IMG/VR virus record: IMGVR_UViG_3300021364_000017
Coordinates: 3,131-67,130 of that record
DNA from: a virus
DNA length: 64,000 nt
Reading direction: 5' to 3' (one strand)
Below, one piece after another: positions 19,429-28,293 of this stretch (position 1 is its first letter; every line of letters begins with the position of its first letter). The position numbers and the translations under genes are program-made. The notes beneath the pieces were generated by a model. That model saw nothing but the letters and a program-made list of their open reading frames with translations, made no database searches and had not been told where the DNA came from.

Positions 19429-20579
19429 TAGACTCCAAACCTCTCTCTATGTGCATTAAAGTTTTGTTTAAACTCATCATCAGTCAATATTCTATCGTAT
19501 AAGAATACTGGACCCATATAAGCGGTATTATTACCAGAAATGTTTATCTTAAATTCATTTATATCCCCATAACCCGCAACATCTCTAGTTTGTGTCTGGG
19601 TACTCACTAAATCACCTTGAGTATAGTGTTTAAATACTGTATTATTGTGAGAAACTCCAAGACACCACCAAGTCTGATCATCCCATTGAGATGCACTCAT
19701 GTGTCCAAATGTAAGCCAACTACTTATACTGTAATCTTTTTGATAACCTAATATATATGAATTAGTCGTTTGTCTTGTATCAACAGTATAAAAATAATTA
19801 TGAGAAGAATTGGTGTCATCTAACATTATAACACCTCTATAATCACCGGGAGTTGTTCCAGTACTTCTTACCCAATAAATCATAGACCAAACTTCATGAT
19901 TTAAGTTGGGGGATAGACTTACAACTATTCCAGTTGAATAATTATGATCTAAAACTGTTCCTGCAATTGTATCATTTGCGGATACTAAAGTTGTTGGTGT
20001 CCCACTTTCAGTTCCAGTTAAACTTAGTAATGATGTTCCTCTTGTTTTGTTTGATGCTACTGTTTGGTTATAATCACTGACTGTTGAACCTTTCTCTAAT
20101 TGTGCTCCCCAAATGTAAAAAGTAGTATTAATATTATTTGGAATACAAGGATACCAACTTGATGTTGTAGTTACAGTTGCTGTGGTTGAAAATCTTTGCC
20201 ATGTAGTTGTTGCAGTATGTGTCACAACCCCTTGTCCATTATCTGTTCCGTTATATGTTTGCATAACAAAATTTTGACTACCAGATGCGGTTCTTACCCA
20301 ACAAGATAATGTAAAAGTACCACTCCCACCAGCAAAAGTTTGATATAAGTATTGATTTGTAGCACTTCTAGATGCTGTATCTGCGGTTAATGTTCCATCT
20401 GGTGCTGCAACACTATTTGCAGATACAGTAAATCCATTTTGCTTTACCCAATTTGTTTGAGAAAAATCTTCACTGTATACTAGTAAATTTTCTTTATTGT
20501 CGAGACACTTTACATTTTTTGTATCATAATAAACTCTCAATCCATCAGTAACAATTTTTGGATTATATGCTATTCCCAT
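19428..20579 (-). CDS. LamG lectin protein with an inserted carbohydrate-binding domain
   Basis: 383 aa; NLLVYSEDFS...APDGTLTAD...WQRFS...IWGAQLEKGS insert; ends NFNAHRERFGV. Confidence 0.75.
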   Translation of the reverse strand: MGIAYNPKIVTDGLRVYYDTKNVKCLDNKENLLVYSEDFSQTNWVKQNGFTVSANSVAAPDGTLTADTASRSATNQYLYQTFAGGSGTFTLSCWVRTASGSQNFVMQTYNGTDNGQGVVTHTATTTWQRFSTTATVTTTSSWYPCIPNNINTTFYIWGAQLEKGSTVSDYNQTVASNKTRGTSLLSLTGTESGTPTTLVSANDTIAGTVLDHNYSTGIVVSLSPNLNHEVWSMIYWVRSTGTTPGDYRGVIMLDDTNSSHNYFYTVDTRQTTNSYILGYQKDYSISSWLTFGHMSASQWDDQTWWCLGVSHNNTVFKHYTQGDLVSTQTQTRDVAGYGDINEFKINISGNNTAYMGPVFLYDRILTDDEFKQNFNAHRERFGV

Positions 20580-23500
20580 CAGTATTCAACCTCAAATCTT
20601 TCTACATCTTTTCTTTCACCGAATACTGTATAGAAACAATCAACTATATCATTTGCAGACTCTACTACCACAGTATTATCAGCAATATCTACTACACTAT
20701 GTAGTGGAGCTTTTCTTCCGATTGGTGTGAGGTTAACTGTAATTGTTTCCTCGTCCACCAGACCAGTCCAGTAATCTGGAAGTTCAATTGTATTATTGTC
20801 TTTCAGTCTTCCACGTATATAAACACCATTCTCAGGACCCTCCAATGAACCATGACGGAGTTTCATTCCCTCCTTAGTTGGGTGGTCAATGACGAATGAC
20901 TTAGTGGTTGCTGAAAGAAGACCTGTAACATCTACCCCAGTAGAAGTTGTTGCAAGTTTTAATGAGTTGTTATTGAAAAGTTGTACTGCTCCACCAGCAA
21001 TAAACTTAACACCTTGCTCAAAAGATCCACCACCTTGTGCTAATTGTATTTCACTTCCTGCTGGAACTTGTATACTTATATTGCCATTTGTGCTTTCAAA
21101 AATGTTATGAGTTCCATTGTGATAAATTTCACAATCATTACCTGTACCAAGTAAAATTTTCTTATTGTCATCAAGATCTAAATCACCGGTAAGAGTAATA
21201 TTACCACTTGAATCAATCCTCATCCTTTCAGCTCCGGCAGTGACGAAATCCAAACTGTCACTATTATGTCGGTAATTGATCGCACCACGATAATCACCGT
21301 CAGTATCTCCGAAACGGATTTGACCAACATTATTGTTTGGGGAAATTAAATGTAATTCTGTATCTCCATTGTTTTCTATGGTCACTGACGCATTAGCGCG
21401 ATACGCTGCACCAGAAAGAGAGCTCCTAGTTACATGAAGTTTACTTTGTGGATCTGTCTCATTGATACCAACACCACCACTCTCATTAATTCTGAATAAC
21501 TCAGTACCACTTCCACTATGACCATTTGAAACTACATTGAATGTTTTGGTGGTATCATTATTATTACTATCAATTGATACTTGTACACTACCTGTACTTA
21601 CAATGGATAATGTATCCGCTGATGAAGGATTATATAATTTTGGATATTGAGAATTTGTTATATCAATCCAAAGAGAATCATTGTTTATATCTGGGTCTCC
21701 AAATCGTGCGATTGTACCAGTACCTCTAACATCAAGTTTATATTCTGGATTATTAGTTCCGATGCCAACATCACCACCAGATTCAATTACAAATTTAGTA
21801 TCCAGATATCCAGATCCGATAAAATATCTAATGAGACCTGTATTGTTTCCGTAAGCACCAAATCCACCAACATCTGTTCCATTATTAGTTTTAAAACCAT
21901 AATCCATTGCCCAACCAACTGTATCACCTCTTCTTTGAAGTCTTGTTCCTAGACCCCCACTAGTGAAAAAGTGTCTATTTCCTGCAGATGTGTCAAATAG
22001 AACATCTAGTTTTCCGTCTCCAGGAGTGTCGGTTCCAATTGCAACATTGCCCTTAATGGGAGACAGATAAGTATCACCAGTTGTTAAACCAACACCAAGT
22101 ACATCAGTTTCATCTGTTTCTCCTGGGGTTCTACTCTTGACTACAAAACATTCACTGTCAAAAATAGAACCTCCTGCTCTTGTATCTAATCTAAATATAC
22201 CTCCAGCTTTAGTGTTGTCATATCCAGAGTCAATTTGAGGTACGTTGATAGCATAAGATAAAATTTCACCATCAACCTCAGTGAATATTGCACCTTTTTT
22301 AGTATTATCAAAAAATAATCCAGAGTCTGTACTAGAAGTACCACCAGCAATATCTCCTATTTTTATAACACCATCACCACCATCTATCTTCACATTACCA
22401 CTTACATCTAGTTCAGACGATGGTGCATCAGATCCGATGCCAACTTTACCGTTTTCATCAATGCGAACCGACTCTGTTCTTGCGTTGTTCTGGCCTGTAA
22501 AGAAAGCCATCCTGAAGGCTGCTAGAACTGATTTGAACTCTCCAGAGCTCTCTGTGTAACCGACTAATCCTGTTCCTGTATCACCACCACCACCAACAAC
22601 TCTTAAGTTTCCATTTAGATCTAATTTTGCTGTTGGATTTGCCTCATTGATACCGATGTCGCCGTCGGATTTAATTGTCATCCGAGTAATCGGAGCACTT
22701 CCACCATCCGGCGTGGTAAAGAATACTAACTTTCCAGGCATATCATTGGTGCTGGTGTTACCGTCTATCAAGGCCTCAATCTTTGCCGATTCTATAAATT
22801 TAAAGTCATCAGATCCTTGAAAACTTATTCTACCAAGTTTCTCCCCATTTAAGACGCGTCCCTGATTGCCTAATTGCGTACCTCTAACCCTATTAAAGTA
22901 TAAAACGCTCGAGCCCCCAGTGTTTATGGTGTTTCTTGTCATTGAAATACTTGAGTCATCAACATCATTACCTTCAACCTGAAGCGCCGAACTAAGGGCC
23001 TCATTGGGTCCAAAAAAATTAGAACGAGCAGTAATGATGCCCACTAACAGTTTGCCGGAGCTGTCAATACGAACTCTTTCAGATCCGGCAGTTTCTATTG
23101 CAAAAGTATCATTTGATGGAAATCTAATTGCGGTGTCTGTATCACCTATATGAATAATTTTATCTACAATATTAACACTTCCATTAACACTTGCTTGTCC
23201 ACTAATATCTAATGATGTTGCTGTTAAAGCACCAGAAACATTTACTGTACTTTGTAAATTGAGTAATGTTGAAGTTTGAGTACTAACAAGAATTCCATTA
23301 ATTCTGGTTTCTATTGCACCCTTTTCCGCAAGAAGAGTCGGACTTACAATTTTTCCAGTTATAGAAGCATATTCCCTTACCTGTCCACTACTATTTTCTC
23401 CAGTAAATCTTAATTGTCCAATTTGATCATCTACTGCAGGTGATGAGCTATCTCTCTTAAGAGTTATTACAGGTTCTGCACCACTTCCAGAATCAGTAGA

Positions 23501-26500
23501 AACTATTGTTAAAAATCTTGATGTGATATCTCCATCAATATTAACATCCCCTCCAAGAGTAGTGATGCCAGTTATATTGATATTACCAGTACCAGTAATA
23601 TCATTACTATTAAGATCTAAATTGCCACCAAGTTGAGGTGTTGTATCATCAACTAAGTCACCCATAGCACCCACTTGGGAATGAGTTAATCCAGTTAAGT
23701 TGGACCCATCACCAGAGAATGATGATGCAGTAATAATACCTGATGAATTAATATTTCTAACTGCCGTTAAATCATCAAAGTTTGCTTCAATATTTCCAAC
23801 AGCAAACTTAGTTCCTGATGACATTGATGTAGTACCAACACCAAATGCATAGTTTGATATCCAAGCATCAGTATTCAGACCAGAGAAGGAGTTGGACTTA
23901 AACCACATAATTTTCTTATACGTGGTAGGTAAAGTCTCACCTGCTCCAACTAAATTAACGAGTGGACTACCTTCAGTCGATGCAAGAGCAATACCACCAT
24001 GACTTGCAGTACTATCATCTGAAATATCATTCCCATTAACATCTGATCTAAAACCAAGAACAAGATCAGGGTCAGAAATTCTTAAAGTCTCGGCAAAAAT
24101 TGTAGCAGAAGTACCACCAATGGTAACTGTTCCATCTACACTTAAATTACGAGTGACTGTTAAATCTCTGGTGACAGTAAGATCCTGACCAATTGTTACA
24201 TTACCACCAATAGTTGGATTAGCGACAAAACCAATAGTTGGAGTTGAACCTTCACCAGTTCCACTAGTTACTTGAATTTCATTTGCTGTTCCACTAACTG
24301 ATTCAACATAATCACCAGAGGTGTAAGTTCCTAAGATAATTGAATCTGTGGTAATAGTTGCAGCAAGTGCTACAGCACTAGTACCATCAAAAGATACTGC
24401 TGATGCTGTTACAAAATCTCCAGTAACTGAGAAATTTCTTGCGTTTTCTAATGCAGTCGCAGTTCCTGCATTACCATCCAAAGTTCCAGTAAAAGTAGTA
24501 GCAGTGATAGCGCCTGAAACATTTACATTATCAAGTTCAGTATGTCCATCTACATCAATACCACCAATAAATGTTGAATCGCCATCAACACTTAGTCCTA
24601 CTCCGTTGATCAGCTGTAACTCATCAGATCTTTGACGACTTACAATTGTGAATGAACCATCACCTTTGATTGCTGTTTCAATAAGTCCATCTTCAGTGCC
24701 AAGAGTTTCATCAGAAATTTTACCAGTAATTTTTGCATAATTTTCTTCACCACCATTACTATTCTCACCTTTGAACATTATCTGTCCGAGATAATCTCCA
24801 GGAGCAGGTGAAGAACTATTCCTATAAAGAGTAAGTTCGGGTCCTGCAGTACTTCCTGTATCAGTAGAGAGTATATTTATACCATTAGAAGCAGTTTCAA
24901 ACTTCTTTACACCATCATAGTAAAGCTCTACTGCTGCGTTCGGCAAAAACTTGGCGTAATCTTCAACTACTCCACCTGTAAGTCCACTTTCAGAATAGAA
25001 TAACATGCTAGAGAGAGATTTAAATCTAATCTGACCAACATTATTGTCTATAAAAGCAGTTCCCCCAGTGTGATAGATATAAAGATCTTCATCTCCAAAA
25101 ATAATCTTTTTATTTTCCGCAATACTTACATCATCGCTAAAAGTAGAAACTCCAGTTACATTGAGACTTCCGGTATCTATCGTATCACTAACTACATTTG
25201 CTGTGTTTGCAAGTCCAGTGATAGTTACAGAACCTGTGGTAGTGCTAATAGAAATATTATCACCAGCAGTAATTGAAGTTACAATTCCAGTTAAGTTAGA
25301 ACCATCACCAGAGAATGAGGTTGCCGTTGTAATGCCAGTTAAATTGATATTACCTATTCCAGTAATATTATTACCATTGACATCGAGATTACCACCTAGT
25401 TGAGGACTGGTATCTCCTACGATATTCGTTGAAATTCCAGTAAGAGAATCGTATGGATAATTGGTAGCATCTGAAAGATCAAATGCTGGAGTTGCATCTG
25501 TACTGCCTAAAGACAGTTGAACTCCACCATAAGAAACTGTAGAACTTGCTAACTGTGCATTAGTGATGGTTCCTGTGAGATCAGTTGTTGGAAGATTGCC
25601 ACTAAAAGTCGTAGCAGTAATAACACCAGTCAGATTAACATTACCTGTTCCAGTAATATCATTACCATTAACATCCAAATCACCACCTAATTGAGGTGTT
25701 TTATCTGTAAAAACAGAAGCAGTGGCTAAACCTACATTAGTAAATGCAACAAGTTCAACAATATCATCAATCGAAACACCTGTTGTTAATGTGACCGTTG
25801 TGCCATTAGTTGCTGTAAACTCTGTACTATCAAGTCTACCTCCATTTAAATATACATCAACAAAACCAACATCGTAACTCACACTTCCCGATGGAGGGAA
25901 TAATGTTTGGTTTTGAGTGGCTACATATCTGTTTACTGTCCTAAGAGTAGAACCTTCTGCAATAATACCAGTTAAATTTGAACCATCACCATAGTAAGTT
26001 GCTCCAGTAACTATACCAAGTGTCGTTACTCCAGTCACAACTAAAGTATCTGCATTAATGTTTCCAGTATTGGCAACTCCAGTAAGACCCGAACCATCAC
26101 CATAGTAAGTTGCTCCAGTAACTATACCAAGTGTCGTTACTCCAGTCACAACTAAAGTATCTGCATTGATACTACCAGTATTGGCAACTCCAGTAAGACC
26201 CGAACCATCACCAAAGAATGATGTTGCTGTTACACTACCTACAAGATCAATATTACCCAATCCAGTAATATCAAAGGTATTAACATCTAAATCGCCACCT
26301 AATTGTGGACTAGTGTCATTTATAACTGTAACGTCAGTAAAACTTACATGAGTAAATGCAACAAGTTCAATAACATCATCAACAGAAGCACCTGTTGTTA
26401 ATGTAACTGTCGTTCCATTATTTGCTGCAAATTCTGTACTATCAAGTTTTACTCCATTCAAAAACACATCAAGGTAACCAACATCATAAGTAACAGTTCC

Positions 26501-27937
26501 TGTTGCAGGAAATAAAGTCTGTCCTTGAGTAGCTATAAATCTGATTGTTGTTCTTGTGGTAGAACCAGTTGGAGCAATTCCAGTTAAATTTGAACCATCA
26601 CCAAAATAAGTTGCTCCAGTAACTATGCCAAGTGTCGTTACTCCAGATACAACTAATGATGATGCAGATACTGCACCAGAAACATTTACATCTGTTACAA
26701 TATCACCATTTAAATTAATATCACCACCAAGAGTTGTGACACCGGTTACATTAAGAGATGTTGTGTCTAATGTATCCGAAACCATCTGAGTGGTATTAGC
26801 GGATATTGTTACAATTCCTGAAGATGATGTGACATTTATATTACCACCTGCAACAATTGAATTTACGACACCCGATAAAGTAGATCCATCTCCACTAAAA
26901 TTATTTGCAGTAAGAACACCAGATACTGTTGTATTGGTTGTGATTGCAACTGTACCATTCAGAGAAAGTTTTGGGGTGCTTCCATTACCAGCAAATAGTT
27001 TTATCTGTCCAGCATTCAACTGAATTTTAGTATTTGTACTATTATCAGTTCTTCTTCTGATTATATTTGCATAAATGTCATTATTGAATGTAGATACACC
27101 TGTTACTGATAAACCTCCATTATCAATTCTGACACCACTCCTTGCAGTGATAAGACCGATCGAGTCAACGTTAGTGACATCTTCATAAGTAAGAGTTCCT
27201 GCAATAGAAACGTTACCAGAGAATGTTGCATCACCCGTTAAATTGATATTACCCGTTCCAGTAATATCATTACCATTGACATCTAAATTGCCACCTAATT
27301 GTGGTGTGGTATCTCCTACAATTTCTGTAGTGATTCCTGAGATATTTTCAAACGGATAATTAAATGCGTGAGCAAGATTAAATGCTGGTGTTGGATCCGC
27401 TTGTCCAAGAGATAGAGTTACACCACCAAATGAAATACTACTATTATCTAATTTACTATTATTAATAGAACCTGCAAGTTGATCATTAGTGATTGTACCT
27501 GTCAGATTTGTTGTTGCTAAATTGCCATCAAATGTTGTTGCTGTAACAACACCAGTTACGTTTATTCCACCATCTTCAATTGTGGTTGCAGAACCAACGG
27601 TAACTATATTATTGGTACCGTCAATAATTACACTATCCGAACCAACTTGAAGAGTTCCAGTTGATCTTAAATCTCCGTCTACATCTAATGTAAATTGAGG
27701 ATTAGTAGTTCCAATGCCGACGGTGCCAATATAATCAATAGTACCAGAACCAAAATGCTCGTTCCATGGGTTAACGAGTGTAATTGTGGTTCCTATTCCA
27801 ACACCACTAGTATCCTGTCTAGTGAAAAGTTTACCATCAAATGTATTAAGACCTAGTTCACCTGCATCTAAATGTACTAATGTGGGTCTTTTTTGATGTA
27901 CAGATGATCGCTTAAACTTAATCTTCGGGTTAGACAT
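20579..27937 (-). CDS. Very long fibre protein with Mtd_N-like N-terminus and two internal adaptor-like domains
   Basis: 2452 aa; N-terminus KIKFKRSS...GELGLNTFDGKLF; two F/YxATxxQTLF...DVxLNGxxLDSTEF domains; C-terminal TKSFVIDHPTK...GSLEGPENGVY domain. Confidence 0.85.
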   Translation of the reverse strand: MSNPKIKFKRSSVHQKRPTLVHLDAGELGLNTFDGKLFTRQDTSGVGIGTTITLVNPWNEHFGSGTIDYIGTVGIGTTNPQFTLDVDGDLRSTGTLQVGSDSVIIDGTNNIVTVGSATTIEDGGINVTGVVTATTFDGNLATTNLTGTITNDQLAGSINNSKLDNSSISFGGVTLSLGQADPTPAFNLAHAFNYPFENISGITTEIVGDTTPQLGGNLDVNGNDITGTGNINLTGDATFSGNVSIAGTLTYEDVTNVDSIGLITARSGVRIDNGGLSVTGVSTFNNDIYANIIRRRTDNSTNTKIQLNAGQIKLFAGNGSTPKLSLNGTVAITTNTTVSGVLTANNFSGDGSTLSGVVNSIVAGGNINVTSSSGIVTISANTTQMVSDTLDTTSLNVTGVTTLGGDINLNGDIVTDVNVSGAVSASSLVVSGVTTLGIVTGATYFGDGSNLTGIAPTGSTTRTTIRFIATQGQTLFPATGTVTYDVGYLDVFLNGVKLDSTEFAANNGTTVTLTTGASVDDVIELVAFTHVSFTDVTVINDTSPQLGGDLDVNTFDITGLGNIDLVGSVTATSFFGDGSGLTGVANTGSINADTLVVTGVTTLGIVTGATYYGDGSGLTGVANTGNINADTLVVTGVTTLGIVTGATYYGDGSNLTGIIAEGSTLRTVNRYVATQNQTLFPPSGSVSYDVGFVDVYLNGGRLDSTEFTATNGTTVTLTTGVSIDDIVELVAFTNVGLATASVFTDKTPQLGGDLDVNGNDITGTGNVNLTGVITATTFSGNLPTTDLTGTITNAQLASSTVSYGGVQLSLGSTDATPAFDLSDATNYPYDSLTGISTNIVGDTSPQLGGNLDVNGNNITGIGNINLTGITTATSFSGDGSNLTGIVTSITAGDNISISTTTGSVTITGLANTANVVSDTIDTGSLNVTGVSTFSDDVSIAENKKIIFGDEDLYIYHTGGTAFIDNNVGQIRFKSLSSMLFYSESGLTGGVVEDYAKFLPNAAVELYYDGVKKFETASNGINILSTDTGSTAGPELTLYRNSSSPAPGDYLGQIMFKGENSNGGEENYAKITGKISDETLGTEDGLIETAIKGDGSFTIVSRQRSDELQLINGVGLSVDGDSTFIGGIDVDGHTELDNVNVSGAITATTFTGTLDGNAGTATALENARNFSVTGDFVTASAVSFDGTSAVALAATITTDSIILGTYTSGDYVESVSGTANEIQVTSGTGEGSTPTIGFVANPTIGGNVTIGQDLTVTRDLTVTRNLSVDGTVTIGGTSATIFAETLRISDPDLVLGFRSDVNGNDISDDSTASHGGIALASTEGSPLVNLVGAGETLPTTYKKIMWFKSNSFSGLNTDAWISNYAFGVGTTSMSSGTKFAVGNIEANFDDLTAVRNINSSGIITASSFSGDGSNLTGLTHSQVGAMGDLVDDTTPQLGGNLDLNSNDITGTGNINITGITTLGGDVNIDGDITSRFLTIVSTDSGSGAEPVITLKRDSSSPAVDDQIGQLRFTGENSSGQVREYASITGKIVSPTLLAEKGAIETRINGILVSTQTSTLLNLQSTVNVSGALTATSLDISGQASVNGSVNIVDKIIHIGDTDTAIRFPSNDTFAIETAGSERVRIDSSGKLLVGIITARSNFFGPNEALSSALQVEGNDVDDSSISMTRNTINTGGSSVLYFNRVRGTQLGNQGRVLNGEKLGRISFQGSDDFKFIESAKIEALIDGNTSTNDMPGKLVFFTTPDGGSAPITRMTIKSDGDIGINEANPTAKLDLNGNLRVVGGGGDTGTGLVGYTESSGEFKSVLAAFRMAFFTGQNNARTESVRIDENGKVGIGSDAPSSELDVSGNVKIDGGDGVIKIGDIAGGTSSTDSGLFFDNTKKGAIFTEVDGEILSYAINVPQIDSGYDNTKAGGIFRLDTRAGGSIFDSECFVVKSRTPGETDETDVLGVGLTTGDTYLSPIKGNVAIGTDTPGDGKLDVLFDTSAGNRHFFTSGGLGTRLQRRGDTVGWAMDYGFKTNNGTDVGGFGAYGNNTGLIRYFIGSGYLDTKFVIESGGDVGIGTNNPEYKLDVRGTGTIARFGDPDINNDSLWIDITNSQYPKLYNPSSADTLSIVSTGSVQVSIDSNNNDTTKTFNVVSNGHSGSGTELFRINESGGVGINETDPQSKLHVTRSSLSGAAYRANASVTIENNGDTELHLISPNNNVGQIRFGDTDGDYRGAINYRHNSDSLDFVTAGAERMRIDSSGNITLTGDLDLDDNKKILLGTGNDCEIYHNGTHNIFESTNGNISIQVPAGSEIQLAQGGGSFEQGVKFIAGGAVQLFNNNSLKLATTSTGVDVTGLLSATTKSFVIDHPTKEGMKLRHGSLEGPENGVYIRGRLKDNNTIELPDYWTGLVDEETITVNLTPIGRKAPLHSVVDIADNTVVVESANDIVDCFYTVFGERKDVERFEVEY
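25980..26212. repeat. 111 bp (37 aa) tandem repeat in a fibre shaft; the same unit occurs at about 4050-4240
   Basis: gaaccatcacc recurs at 25980, 26091 and 26202, and at 4101 and 4212 in the 1564 aa gene. Confidence 0.85.
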
Positions 27938-27948
27938 TATATCTTAGT

Positions 27949-27981
27949 GGTATATACCTGAATACTGTTATGTAACAGTAT
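27949..27981. promoter_or_regulatory. Two adjacent palindromes in the leader of the 2452 aa fibre gene
   Basis: GGTATATACC (27949-27958) and ATACTGTTA-tg-TAACAGTAT (27962-27981), between CTAAATA at about 27985 and the ATG at 27937. Confidence 0.55.
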
Positions 27982-27987
27982 ATCTAT

Positions 27988-28239
27988 TTAGAAGTCACCA
28001 CCATCCGATTTATTGTCTGATATTGTTGTTTTTTTACGAGTTGGTTTTGAATTTAAATTTTTAATTTGTTCCTTATATTCTTCTACCGCTCTATCCAAAT
28101 CAGAGATTGTTTGGTTCTGTTGAGAAATAATGTCATTTTGATATTGAATTTTTGACTCCAAAATCATACTTTGGGAGAAATAATCATTCAACTTCTTTTG
28201 AATATTTTTTAGATAATAATTAAGTTCAGTTTGTTCCAT
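27988..28239 (-). CDS. Small coiled-coil protein ending DGGDF
   Basis: 83 aa with heptad-like Q/L/I pattern. Confidence 0.75.
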   Translation of the reverse strand: MEQTELNYYLKNIQKKLNDYFSQSMILESKIQYQNDIISQQNQTISDLDRAVEEYKEQIKNLNSKPTRKKTTISDNKSDGGDF

Positions 28240-28277
28240 AAAAAAAGAGGGGACTCCATAAATCCCCTCTATTTATT
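28240..28277 (-). terminator. Intrinsic terminator hairpin overlapped by late promoter AATAAATA
   Basis: AGAGGGGA-9 nt loop-TCCCCTCT then a T-run on the - strand; promoter at 28270-28277. Confidence 0.7.
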
Positions 28278-28293
28278 AGAAGTTATTTAACTA

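Noticed and set aside
524-27937. Diversity-generating retroelement (TR/VR), suggested by Mtd-like N-termini and repeats
   Set aside because: No reverse transcriptase in the window; the repeat pairs are coding shaft segments and their mismatches are not adenine-specific.
5109-27937. Shufflon or invertase-type fibre switching
   Set aside because: All repeats seen are direct, no inverted tip cassettes are present, and no recombinase is encoded here.
27962-27981. LexA/SOS box
   Set aside because: CTG-N8-CAG spacing does not match the proteobacterial CTG-N10-CAG box, and cyanobacterial LexA uses a different motif.
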